DNA from: an uncultured cyanobacterium | Lineage (GTDB): Bacteria > Cyanobacteriota > Vampirovibrionia > Vampirovibrionales > JAGQHJ01 | Reading direction: 5' to 3' | DNA length: 64,000 nt | NCBI GenBank assembly: GCA_937922745.1 | Contig: CALAJO010000033.1 | Location: 2,250-66,249 of the forward strand | Notes under the pieces: model-generated | Database searches by the model: none | What the model was told of the DNA's origin: nothing | What the model saw: only the letters and a program-made list of their open reading frames with translations | Program-made: the position numbers and the translations under genes | Shown here: one piece after another, positions 44,274-53,029 of the stretch | Layout: each line of letters starts with the position of its first letter | How positions within the stretch are numbered: position 1 is the first letter of the stretch

Positions 44274-47200
44274 TGGTGAACCCTGATCAATTAGAAACCG
44301 AGGCCGCCCAACTCGAATCCGAGTTAATGGGTCTATCGCAACAACAGGCAACACCGGAAAACACCCCTGTTCCTCAAGAAGCTCAATTGGAAGAGATACC
44401 CCCTCAGGAAGAACCTGTCTTGAAGGGGCAGGTCAGTGCCCAGGGAAGCCCGAAAGAAGACAAAAGCTTCAACCTGTTGGATTTTTTACGGGATATTCTT
44501 ACAGGCATTATTGGTGGTGGTCGGAATGCCGTTCAAAATACCGGCAGCCTCATTCATGATTTGTCGGGTGGCGATTATCAACCCACCGTCTCCATTGGTC
44601 CGGCAGCCTCTCCCGAAGAGCAACAGGTAATCGATGAATCGCCCTTTAAGATTCCTGGTGTCTTTGCCTATGTCCCCTCAGATCTGGCTCAAAAACACGA
44701 TATCAAAAGCCAACAGATTATTGATCTGCCGGAAGTTGAGCAACCCAAAACCATTGCCGGGCAAATCACACAAGGCGTCACCCAATTTGGAGCCGGGTTT
44801 GTTGGGGGCGGTCGTTTGCTCCAGGGATTGAGCTGGGCCAAGGGAGCTGCTCCGTTAATCCGGGCAGGAACGGCAGGGGCTATTTCTGACTTCACTGTCT
44901 TTGATGCCCATGAGCAACGCCTCTCCAACTTGATTGAGCAATTCCCGGTTCTGCATAACCCCATCTCGGATTATCTCAAGGCGGATCCAAAAGACGCTCA
45001 AGCGGAAGGGCGTTTCAAAAACGTTCTGGAAGGTATTCTTCTGGGGGGAGCAACCGATCTGCTTTTTAAGGGCGTGAAACAACTTAAACAGGTTCGTCAG
45101 ATCCGGGCGACAGAAGGCGATGAGGCGGCGGCTAAGTTCCTAGCCAAGAATGTCGGGGAAGTCGATGATGTCCTGAAAAAGTCCAATGATGAACTGTTGG
45201 ATGACATCTTTGGTGTTTCAAAACCGAAACAGCAACGAGTGCCGGTTGAAGCCCGTGTTCAGGAAATTCCGTCACCCAAAACGGATGGGGCTGAAACAGC
45301 CTCAATAACAGCGGTGGTTCAGGAGCAACCGATACCCAGAAATACAACACCCCTCAATGAAGAACAGATTGCAGCGTTTCGAAAACAATTGCAAGAATCC
45401 GGCGGTAAAGAAGCGGATACCCTCATTGATTTCAATGCGGATACGATGGTGACGGGGAATGAGGTCAAGCAGGTTCTGGACACCATGTCCAAAATTAACC
45501 GAGAGGAGTTGTTTAAGCTCAAGGGCGGTACACAAAGCCTGGATGAGATTGAATACAAAGCGGTTCAGATTTTGGAGTCCGAAGGCAAGGACGTTGCTGA
45601 TCTGTTGGGAACCGATGCCACAAATCTGCTTACGTCGTTGGGACGAGATGCCAAGAATGTTAGTGAACAGGCGTCACGATTGGTTGCCGGAAAACAGTTC
45701 ATGCAGTCTCTTGCCCGAAGAATCAATGACTTGGCGATTAAAATTGATAGCGGTGTGGGAACCGACAAGGAGCAACTGGAACTCCTCAGGCATATCGACA
45801 TACTCTCTGATGTCGAAGCAAACTTAAAGGCCATCCAGACCGGCTCTGCACGAACCACAAGTGCCGGACGGATACGAACAGGGGATGTTCTTTTCGATGA
45901 GGATATTGCTGCCATTCTGGAGCAGGTAGGTGGTTCGGACAATGTGCGTAAGCTGGCCCGTCGGATTACAGGGGCTGGGAAAGACGGAGGCAATCGAGGT
46001 ATTATTCAACTGGTGCGTAAAAGCTGGCTGGATAAGCTGGTGGATGTTCACAATGAAGTCTGGATGAATGCCATTCTCTCTGGCCCGAAGACTCATGCGG
46101 TCAACATTTTAGGAAACGGTATCAACACGCTATTCTTGCCGGGGGAACGTATCCTGGGTGGGGCGCTTTCCGGGAACAAGGATGTCATTATCGAAGGAGC
46201 ATCCACCTATTATGGTTTGATGCAAGCCTTGGGAGACAGCTTCAATATGGCTTGGCGGTCCTTTCAGATGGAAGACAACGTGCTGGATCCCTTGGGACGA
46301 ATGTGGGATGCCGATAGCCGCCGGGCAATATCCGCTCGAAACTTCGACATGCCGGAAGGCTCCATGTTGGCTCATGGGGTAAACTGGCTGGGTAATTTGA
46401 CCCGTCTCTCTGGGCGCTTCCTGATGAGTGAGGATGAGTTTTTCAAACAGATCAACTACCGGGCTTCGGTTCGGGCCAAGGCCATTAAGGAAGGACTCCA
46501 ACAAGGCTTTACAGGTAAGGAATTAGGTGAATTTGTAGAGAATCGTTTTCAGCAAGCCTTTGATGAAAAGGGGCTGGCCACTCAGTTGGACCCGTTGAAA
46601 TACTCACGAGAAGCCACCTTTACTCAGGAACTCACAGACGATACGTTCTTGGGCAGTGTTGGCTCAACCATTCAAAAGGCGGTAAACCGTCATCCGGTCT
46701 TGGGACGGGCCATCTTTCCGTTTGTGAAAGTCCCTACCAACCTGCTTCAGTTTGTGGCGGATAGAACCCCCTTCATTGCTCCACTGAATCGGCAGTTTAG
46801 AACCGATATATTGGCTGGGGGTGAACGCCGTGCTCAGGCATTGGGGAAGGTTGCCACAGGCTCCATGTTTTATACCTATGCCACGATGCTGGCCATGGAA
46901 GGAAAAATCACCGGCTCCGGCCCCTCTGACCCTGAACTCCGGCAACAACTGATGAGTACCGGCTGGCGTCCTTATTCCTTTATGGATACGCTGCCGGATG
47001 GGTCCAAGAAATACACACCCTTTAATCGAATCGACCCCTTTGGCATGTTCTTTGGCTTGGTAGCAGACTTTGCTCAAACTGCCGGGCAGAATGATGAACG
47101 CTCCAACGAAGATTTGGCGACAGCCATGGTATTATCTCTGGCCAATAACATTAACAACAAAGCCTATTTCAAGGGCTTGGTAGATGTGATGTCCGTCTTT

Positions 47201-47911
47201 GGCTGGAATAACTACAATCAGGAGGGCTCTGCTCAACACCTGATTGAATCCCGGATGGCCTCTTATATTCCCAATTCTCTGCAAATCATGCGGGATGACC
47301 CTTATCTCCGGGAAACTCGGAACTGGATGGACCGAATCAACAACAAGCTGGGCTTCGGTCAATCCAAAGCGTTGGATCCTAAGCGGAATATGTTCGGTGA
47401 ACCTATCCTCTTACCCCCTGGTTATGGAGCTTTTGACGTTCAGCCTTTTGTCTCATCCACTCAGAAAAAAGATCCGGTTTTAGATGAGTTGGCCCGATTG
47501 ACTCACTTGGGCGTTCGTTTCACATTGCCTGCCAACACCATTCAGGAAGGACGAGTCGATCTCACTCAGTTTCGTAATGCCAATGGCCAGACAGCGGCAG
47601 ATAGACGGCGTGAGTTGATGAACGTTCAGATTAAAGGCCACCCTACATTGAAAGAAAAGCTTGCCGAAGTGATGCAATCCGACAAATACAAGCAAGCCTC
47701 TGATGATGTGGGTGATTATGACGGCGGGAAAGCCACCTTGTTGAAGCGTGTGTATGAAAAATACAAGCAGGCAGCTTTGATGCAACTGATGCAGGAAGAA
47801 TTCCTAAATGAAGCCGGTCAGACCCTCCGGGATACCTTCCAAACAGACCGTCGAAACAAGGTTCGGGTCTTACGCAATCAGCTAGACCAGCTTATCGACA
47901 TCCAAAAATAA
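44273..47911 (+). CDS. Internal virion (core) protein D (gp16 analogue)
   Basis: 1212 aa, the largest structural gene, with TAATG overlap. Called on synteny. No lytic transglycosylase motif recognised. Confidence 0.65.
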   Translation: MVNPDQLETEAAQLESELMGLSQQQATPENTPVPQEAQLEEIPPQEEPVLKGQVSAQGSPKEDKSFNLLDFLRDILTGIIGGGRNAVQNTGSLIHDLSGGDYQPTVSIGPAASPEEQQVIDESPFKIPGVFAYVPSDLAQKHDIKSQQIIDLPEVEQPKTIAGQITQGVTQFGAGFVGGGRLLQGLSWAKGAAPLIRAGTAGAISDFTVFDAHEQRLSNLIEQFPVLHNPISDYLKADPKDAQAEGRFKNVLEGILLGGATDLLFKGVKQLKQVRQIRATEGDEAAAKFLAKNVGEVDDVLKKSNDELLDDIFGVSKPKQQRVPVEARVQEIPSPKTDGAETASITAVVQEQPIPRNTTPLNEEQIAAFRKQLQESGGKEADTLIDFNADTMVTGNEVKQVLDTMSKINREELFKLKGGTQSLDEIEYKAVQILESEGKDVADLLGTDATNLLTSLGRDAKNVSEQASRLVAGKQFMQSLARRINDLAIKIDSGVGTDKEQLELLRHIDILSDVEANLKAIQTGSARTTSAGRIRTGDVLFDEDIAAILEQVGGSDNVRKLARRITGAGKDGGNRGIIQLVRKSWLDKLVDVHNEVWMNAILSGPKTHAVNILGNGINTLFLPGERILGGALSGNKDVIIEGASTYYGLMQALGDSFNMAWRSFQMEDNVLDPLGRMWDADSRRAISARNFDMPEGSMLAHGVNWLGNLTRLSGRFLMSEDEFFKQINYRASVRAKAIKEGLQQGFTGKELGEFVENRFQQAFDEKGLATQLDPLKYSREATFTQELTDDTFLGSVGSTIQKAVNRHPVLGRAIFPFVKVPTNLLQFVADRTPFIAPLNRQFRTDILAGGERRAQALGKVATGSMFYTYATMLAMEGKITGSGPSDPELRQQLMSTGWRPYSFMDTLPDGSKKYTPFNRIDPFGMFFGLVADFAQTAGQNDERSNEDLATAMVLSLANNINNKAYFKGLVDVMSVFGWNNYNQEGSAQHLIESRMASYIPNSLQIMRDDPYLRETRNWMDRINNKLGFGQSKALDPKRNMFGEPILLPPGYGAFDVQPFVSSTQKKDPVLDELARLTHLGVRFTLPANTIQEGRVDLTQFRNANGQTAADRRRELMNVQIKGHPTLKEKLAEVMQSDKYKQASDDVGDYDGGKATLLKRVYEKYKQAALMQLMQEEFLNEAGQTLRDTFQTDRRNKVRVLRNQLDQLIDIQK

Positions 47912-47979
47912 CCCATTTCAAGCCATTTACCCCACAGCCCTGACGAATCCGTTGGGGCTTATTACTTTGGAGGAAATCC

Positions 47980-49587
47980 ATGCCACTTAGCTACGTGCAA
48001 TATAACGGGGATGGGTCAACGGATACCTTCAACATCCCCTTCTCCTACATCAGCAAAAGCCATATCCAGGTGAAAGTGAATGGCGTTGTTGATTCCGGGA
48101 TTACCTTCCCCACCAGCTCCACAGTCAAAACCTCTTCTATTCCCAGTAGCGGCATTATTGTTGAAGTCCGAAGAATCACGCCAAACACTACCAAGCTGGT
48201 GGACTTTCAGGATGGAACCCTGTTATCAGAGGGTGATCTGGACAAGACATCGGATCAGATGCTCTTTGTGGTCCAGGAAACCGTGGATACGGTAGATTCA
48301 AAGCTCCCTTTGGACAGTGCTTCTAACAAGTGGGATGCCCAGAACAAAGTTATCAAGAACGTAGCCAATGGCACACAGTCAAACGATGCTGTTAATTACA
48401 ACCAAACACTGGGCATTGTTGATCAGGCAACAACTCAGGCCATTAATGCAGCGGCATCTGCCGGTAGTGCAGCGAGTTCAGCAACCACATCCCAGGACTG
48501 GGCTACGAAGACCAATGGAACAGTGGATGGTTCCGATTACAGTTCGAAAGCTTATGCCATTGGAGGCAGTGTCAATCCACCTACTGGTAATGCCAAAGAC
48601 TGGGCGAGTAAAACCACAGGAAACGTGGATGGCAGCGCCTTTTCATCCAAGGAATATGCCCAGGGAACCCAGGCTGGAACAGGTGGTTCTGCAAAGAATT
48701 GGGCGACTCAGACAGGCAGTGTCGTTTCTGGTCAGGCCACCGAATACTCTTCTAAAGAATATGCAACCGGTAATACCATTCCAACTGGATCCGCAAAAAA
48801 CTGGGCAAGCAAAACCAGCGGTAATGTTGATGGGACAGAATTCTCTGCCAAAGAGTATGCCCAGGGCATTCAAGCCGGAACAGGCGGCTCTGCTAAAGAC
48901 TGGGCCACGAAAGTGGAAGACTCCCCTGTTATCACTTCTCCCTCCAACAAGTATTCGGCCATGCATTGGGCTAACAAGGCGGCAGCTTCGGCAGCCTCCA
49001 TTAACATACCTGCTATAGCCGGAAACGGCTTGAAATACCTTCGGGCAAAGCAAGATGAAACGGGCTTTGAGTACCTTACCAAGCTCAATGTCAAAGCAGA
49101 CCTTCGAGAAATTGGGGAAGTATCAGACTTTTCAGGGGCCACGGCCCCAAGTGGTTGGCTTCTTTGTTATGGCCAAGCTGTGTCCCGAACAACCTATACA
49201 TGGCTCTTTAGTATCCTTGGAACTACTTATGGGGCTGGGGACGGCTCAACTACCTTTAACCTTCCTGATCTTCGGGGAAGATTTGCTTTAGGGAAGGATG
49301 ATATGGGCGGTTCAGCCGCTGGACGAGTGACCTCATCTTCAACCGGTGGTGCAAACTCTACAACATTGGGTGGTACGGGAGGTGCAGAAACACATACCTT
49401 AACCATTAGCCAAATGCCGAGCCACGATCATACCTATACGAAACTGGTTTCAAGTGGCCCGATTTCCACTGGGGGTTCTGCCTACCAGTTTAGTACCCAG
49501 AACACTGGTAATACAGGTGGTGGTTCAGCACACAGCAACACGCCTCCATGGATTTCACTCAACAAAATCATCTTTACAGGAGTCTAA
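47980..49587 (+). CDS. Tail fibre protein (T7 gp17-type N-terminal adaptor, internal fibre repeats, C-terminal phage-tail-collar domain)
   Basis: N-terminus YNGDGSTDTFNIPFSYI...VRRITPNTTKLVDFQDGTLL aligns with T7 gp17. It has 4-5 repeats of (D/N)WA(S/T)KT.G.VDG..(F/Y)S.KEYA. The C-terminus GWLLCYGQAVSRTTYTWLFSILGTTYGAGDGSTTFNLPDLRGR is a collar domain. Confidence 0.9.
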   Translation: MPLSYVQYNGDGSTDTFNIPFSYISKSHIQVKVNGVVDSGITFPTSSTVKTSSIPSSGIIVEVRRITPNTTKLVDFQDGTLLSEGDLDKTSDQMLFVVQETVDTVDSKLPLDSASNKWDAQNKVIKNVANGTQSNDAVNYNQTLGIVDQATTQAINAAASAGSAASSATTSQDWATKTNGTVDGSDYSSKAYAIGGSVNPPTGNAKDWASKTTGNVDGSAFSSKEYAQGTQAGTGGSAKNWATQTGSVVSGQATEYSSKEYATGNTIPTGSAKNWASKTSGNVDGTEFSAKEYAQGIQAGTGGSAKDWATKVEDSPVITSPSNKYSAMHWANKAAASAASINIPAIAGNGLKYLRAKQDETGFEYLTKLNVKADLREIGEVSDFSGATAPSGWLLCYGQAVSRTTYTWLFSILGTTYGAGDGSTTFNLPDLRGRFALGKDDMGGSAAGRVTSSSTGGANSTTLGGTGGAETHTLTISQMPSHDHTYTKLVSSGPISTGGSAYQFSTQNTGNTGGGSAHSNTPPWISLNKIIFTGV

Positions 49588-49591
49588 AACA

Positions 49592-50062
49592 ATGGCATTG
49601 AAAGCAAATTTTGTGAAAAACAACATTGGTTTACCTGTCCCAGATTGCTATATCAAGATTGAAACCGTCTTTTACGATAGCTTGGACAAGGTAATTCGTC
49701 TTGGTGTGGTCTTTTATGTCAACGAAGCTCAACGTTTAAACGATATCCGAGAAAAGCGAAAGCTGGCAGAAGTTGAGTTAGAAGGTAAAAAAGCGGAGAT
49801 TATAGCTGAGTTAAGTAAACCAGAAGCCGATGACAGCAAGTTGGAAACCTTGTATAGCGAGAAAAATACGCTGCAAGCTCAACTGGAAGCTGTTACTGGA
49901 GAATCCCCGTTCTTTGCCAAGGTATTTGAATTCCCAGTAACCGGAACTGAAGCTGAAAACATTGTGAGTCTTGGTTATCAGAAACTGAAAATCACTAACT
50001 TCGCTGGTGTGGATGATGGCAAGCTCATCGAGTTGGATTTCACCAAGGCATTGGATGTGTAG
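49592..50062 (+). CDS. Hypothetical protein (possible fibre assembly/accessory protein)
   Basis: ATG at 49592, 156 aa, located immediately after the fibre gene. Confidence 0.4.
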   Translation: MALKANFVKNNIGLPVPDCYIKIETVFYDSLDKVIRLGVVFYVNEAQRLNDIREKRKLAEVELEGKKAEIIAELSKPEADDSKLETLYSEKNTLQAQLEAVTGESPFFAKVFEFPVTGTEAENIVSLGYQKLKITNFAGVDDGKLIELDFTKALDV

Positions 50063-50064
50063 CC

Positions 50065-50289
50065 ATGCAGCAACGTTCCAACCAAGCGGAAATCTTCCTC
50101 CACCTGGGGCGATTGGAAGGCAAAGTGGATGCCATCCTCAGTAATCAAAGCCTTATTGTCAACCAGCTTGATGAACACGATAAACGAATCGGCAGCCTGG
50201 AAATGTTTAAAGCTTGGCAACTGGGTGCTTCTGCTGTCATTGCAAGCTTAGTAGCGTCCTGTATTGCCTACTTCAGAGGAGGAAATTAA
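50065..50289 (+). CDS. Holin-like small membrane protein (gp17.5 position)
   Basis: 74 aa with a single C-terminal TM helix (LGASAVIASLVASCIAYF). Called on synteny. Confidence 0.4.
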   Translation: MQQRSNQAEIFLHLGRLEGKVDAILSNQSLIVNQLDEHDKRIGSLEMFKAWQLGASAVIASLVASCIAYFRGGN

Positions 50290-50517
50290 ATGTCCTCACA
50301 CGATGAAAAGATGAAGGACCTCTATGATGCCTTTCTCAACGACCTGCTTGCCCTCGTTAAATCCGGCAAAGTCAAAGCCAGTGACCGGGCGGTGATACGT
50401 CAATTCCTCAGGGACCACGATATGGCTTCCAAACAACCGAAACCAACGACCTTGGAAGCCCTGGTAGATAAAATACCCCATTTCAATGACGACGATGAAG
50501 TCCCCGATGACCAATAA
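50290..50517 (+). CDS. Small terminase subunit (gp18 analogue)
   Basis: 75 aa with an acidic tail, located directly upstream of and overlapping the large terminase gene. Confidence 0.5.
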   Translation: MSSHDEKMKDLYDAFLNDLLALVKSGKVKASDRAVIRQFLRDHDMASKQPKPTTLEALVDKIPHFNDDDEVPDDQ

Positions 50518-52198
50518 ACCCAAAGACCCGTTAGCAGACTTCCGGGTCTTTTTATTTATCACCTGGAAGTTTCTGGGATTGCCTGACCCAACGCCCATCC
50601 AATATGACATTGCCCATTACCTGCAAAACATCTTCTACGGCAAGGGGCCAAGACGGGCTATCATCGAAGCATTCCGTGGTGTCGGAAAAAGCTGGATTAC
50701 GGTTACCTTTGTCTGCTGGGTTCTCTATATCAATCCTCAATTGAAGATCCTTGTTGTCTCTGCCTCCAAGTTTCATGCGGATAACTTCACGACCTTCTGT
50801 ATGCGTCTCATTCTGGAGATGCCTGAACTTCAGCACCTCAAGCCCAGAGAAGAACAGCGAAACTCCAAAGTCAGCTTTGACGTGGCACCAGCCAACCCGG
50901 ACCATTCCCCTTCAGTTAAGTCCGTAGGCATCACCGGGCAGCTCACCGGGAGCCGGGCAGACATCATTGTTGTCGATGACGTTGAAGTCCCCAACAATTC
51001 CATGACCCAGGTAATGCGAGAGAAGCTGGCTGAATCGGTTAAGGAGTTCGATGCCATCCTGAAACCCAATGGGATTGTGGTGTATCTTGGAACTCCACAA
51101 ACAGAGATGAGCCTTTACAACGTCCTCCCGGAACGAGGCTATGCTCTGAGAATCTGGCCAGCCCGTTACCCGGACAAGGATCTCCTGAGCTACTACGGAG
51201 ACCGACTCTCACCAAAGGTTCTCAAAGCCCTGGAAGGGAATGCTTTATTGGAGGGAAAACCGACAGACCCCAAAAGGTTCTCGGATTGGGACCTGATGGA
51301 GCGGGAAGCCTCCTATGGTCGTTCAGGCTTCCAGTTACAGTTTATGCTAAACACCCGCCTTTCAGATGCGGAACGCTATCCTCTAAAACTCAATGACCTC
51401 ATTGTGATGGACTGTGACTCGGAGATGGCTCCTGAGAAAGTCATCTGGGCTGGTTCACAGGAAACCAATATCAACGACCTCCCTAATGTGGGACTGGGTG
51501 GAGATAAGTTTCACCGGCCTATGGCGATTCAAGGCCAATGGATTCCCTATACAGGTTCTGTTATGGCCATTGACCCAGCGGGCCGGGGCAAGGATGAAAC
51601 CGCCTATGCCGTGGTAAAAATCATTAACAGCCAGTTGTTCTTATTGGAATCCGGTGGCTTTCACGGTGGTTATACGGAGGAGATTCTGGGGAAACTCTCT
51701 GAAATCGCCAAGCGGCAGAAGGTGAACAAGGTCATTGTGGAAGCCAACTTTGGGGATGGGATGTTCCTGCAACTCCTTAAGCCTGTCATGGCCAAGATAT
51801 ACCCAGTTACGATGGAGGAGATCCGAAGCACGGGGCAGAAAGAGAAACGAATCATCGATACTCTGGAGCCCGTGATGAACCAACATCGGCTTGTTGTTGA
51901 CCGTCGTTTGGTGGAACAGGACTACAAATCCGCCCAACAACGCCCTTCAGAACAAGCCCTGAAATACCAGCTCTTTTATCAGATGACCCGAATTACCAAA
52001 GACCGAGGCGCATTGGCTCACGATGACCGCTTGGATGCTCTGGCAATGGCCGTCGGGTACTGGGTGGAACAGATGGCACGAGACATTGACCGGGCTATTG
52101 AGGATGAGAAAGAACAAAGACTCAAGACTGCACTGGAATCGTTCATAAACCATGTCGTAGGAAGCAAGCCCAAAGGGAACACTTGGATGGACGTTTGA
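50486..52198 (+). CDS. Large terminase subunit (gp19 analogue)
   Basis: Walker A is AFRGVGKSW and Walker B is ADIIVVDDVE. A C-terminal RNase-H-like nuclease region is present (MAIDPAGRGKDETA...). The start is ambiguous (50486, 50495 or 50507). Confidence 0.92.
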   Translation: MTTMKSPMTNKPKDPLADFRVFLFITWKFLGLPDPTPIQYDIAHYLQNIFYGKGPRRAIIEAFRGVGKSWITVTFVCWVLYINPQLKILVVSASKFHADNFTTFCMRLILEMPELQHLKPREEQRNSKVSFDVAPANPDHSPSVKSVGITGQLTGSRADIIVVDDVEVPNNSMTQVMREKLAESVKEFDAILKPNGIVVYLGTPQTEMSLYNVLPERGYALRIWPARYPDKDLLSYYGDRLSPKVLKALEGNALLEGKPTDPKRFSDWDLMEREASYGRSGFQLQFMLNTRLSDAERYPLKLNDLIVMDCDSEMAPEKVIWAGSQETNINDLPNVGLGGDKFHRPMAIQGQWIPYTGSVMAIDPAGRGKDETAYAVVKIINSQLFLLESGGFHGGYTEEILGKLSEIAKRQKVNKVIVEANFGDGMFLQLLKPVMAKIYPVTMEEIRSTGQKEKRIIDTLEPVMNQHRLVVDRRLVEQDYKSAQQRPSEQALKYQLFYQMTRITKDRGALAHDDRLDALAMAVGYWVEQMARDIDRAIEDEKEQRLKTALESFINHVVGSKPKGNTWMDV

Positions 52199-52213
52199 GA
52201 ATCATCCTGTGAG

Positions 52214-52627
52214 TTACTTCTTGATAAGAGACTCCCCTTCTTTGGCTGCATCAAGTCTGTCTGCAAGTAGTGACCAGCAAGTTATCAACTCTGAATAGTT
52301 GCCACCGGGGTTATAACAACTCGACATCTCCGTGTTTAAGCGTTTTTTGTCGATTGTAGGATCATTCAAATAATGGCTAATTCGAGACAAGGCTCTTTTC
52401 TCTTGCTCCCAAAGTATCTCCAAAAGCTTTTTACATCTTGTTTCTGAACCTGACTTCAATAAGCAATCATTCCATTCTCGCTCTACAGCAGCTTTCTTAA
52501 GTCGAATAGCCGCACCCATTACTTTCTCTGGATCAACCGATGGGGAATCTTGGGCAAATCCAGGAAGTCCGAGAGCGATTAGCACTATGATGCAGTATAT
52601 GACATATCTTGGGTGTCTAAAAACCAT
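52214..52627 (-). CDS. Secreted Cys-containing helical protein (moron; possibly DUF1311/LprI-like)
   Basis: Signal peptide IYCIIVLIALGLPGFAQD and four Cys residues. RBS is GGAGA. The gene is convergent with terL. Confidence 0.5.
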   Translation of the reverse strand: MVFRHPRYVIYCIIVLIALGLPGFAQDSPSVDPEKVMGAAIRLKKAAVEREWNDCLLKSGSETRCKKLLEILWEQEKRALSRISHYLNDPTIDKKRLNTEMSSCYNPGGNYSELITCWSLLADRLDAAKEGESLIKK

Positions 52628-52640
52628 TATATGAATCTCC

Positions 52641-52660
52641 AGTGTGTAAAAGTGAGTAAT
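52641..52660 (+). repeat. Degenerate tandem repeat AGTGTGTAAA-AGTGAGTAAT (site C)
   Basis: Related to the AAGTGAGTAG unit and lies ~365 bp from the attR core. Confidence 0.35.
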
Positions 52661-52665
52661 TCCTA

Positions 52666-52695
52666 AAAACGGTAAAAGCCTCTTTGAGAGAGGCT
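52666..52695 (-). terminator. Intrinsic terminator downstream of the prophage tRNA-Val
   Basis: Minus strand reads AGCCTCT-CTCAA-AGAGGCT followed by TTTTACCGTTTTT. Confidence 0.5.
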
Positions 52696-52717
52696 CTTAT
52701 CTGTTTTTTTCTTTGAA

Positions 52718-52728
52718 AAGTGAGTAGT
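52718..52728 (+). repeat. Single AAGTGAGTAGT unit (site D)
   Basis: Exact copy of the second unit of sites A and E, ~300 bp from the attR core. Confidence 0.4.
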
Positions 52729-52767
52729 TTTTTGTTCAATTTTTTCACTTTACCTTTTGAAGAAATA

Positions 52768-52843
52768 TGGTGGGCGTTGACAGGCTCGAACTGCCGACAT
52801 CCTCCTTGTAAGGGAGGCGCTCTACCAACTGAGCTAAACGCCC
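52768..52843 (-). tRNA. tRNA-Val (anticodon UAC), prophage-borne, complete with encoded CCA
   Basis: GGGCGTTTAGCTCAGTTGGTAGAGCGCCTCCCTTACAAGGAGGATGTCGGCAGTTCGAGCCTGTCAACGCCCACCA folds as a canonical 76-nt cloverleaf (7/4/5/5-bp stems, loop CTTACAA). Confidence 0.93.
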
Positions 52844-52879
52844 GTAGCAGGTTTCCAGGGTTTGGAAGACTTTAATCAT

Positions 52880-52901
52880 AACTGAGTAAAAAGTGAGTAG
52901 T
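52880..52901 (+). repeat. Tandem 11-bp repeat AACTGAGTAAA-AAGTGAGTAGT (site E)
   Basis: Same architecture as sites A and B. It lies ~120 bp from the attR core, between the prophage tRNA and the core. Confidence 0.5.
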
Positions 52902-53021
52902 CCAGTCTTGCGAAGGAAAAAATCAGGGGCTATAATGCCCATGAGCCGTTGGCTTGAGATCATTGTACCAGCTAGCATTTTGGCTCTTTCTCCTTTCTGG
53001 ACTTTTACTAATCAAATCATG

Positions 53022-53029
53022 CTTGTAAG
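53022..53029. repeat. attR core (CTTGTAAG)
   Basis: Identical to 10308-10315. Confidence 0.8.

Larger units (their letters stand above)
10308..53029. mobile_element. Integrated T7-like (Autographiviridae-type) prophage with accessory cargo, bounded by 8-bp direct repeats in the split tRNA-Val
   Basis: The core CTTGTAAG occurs at 10308-10315 and 53022-53029. There is an integrase next to attL. A full T7-type gene set is present (RNAP, gp2.5, gp3, gp3.5, gp4, gp5, gp6, gp8-gp12, gp14-19 analogues). Host-type genes lie outside both ends. Confidence 0.9.

Noticed and set aside
48368-49018. 216-aa alternative-frame ORF inside the tail fibre gene
   Set aside because: It is produced by the periodic DNA repeats of the fibre. 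The translation is Pro/Arg/Gln-rich nonsense. The fibre frame has N- and C-terminal family motifs.
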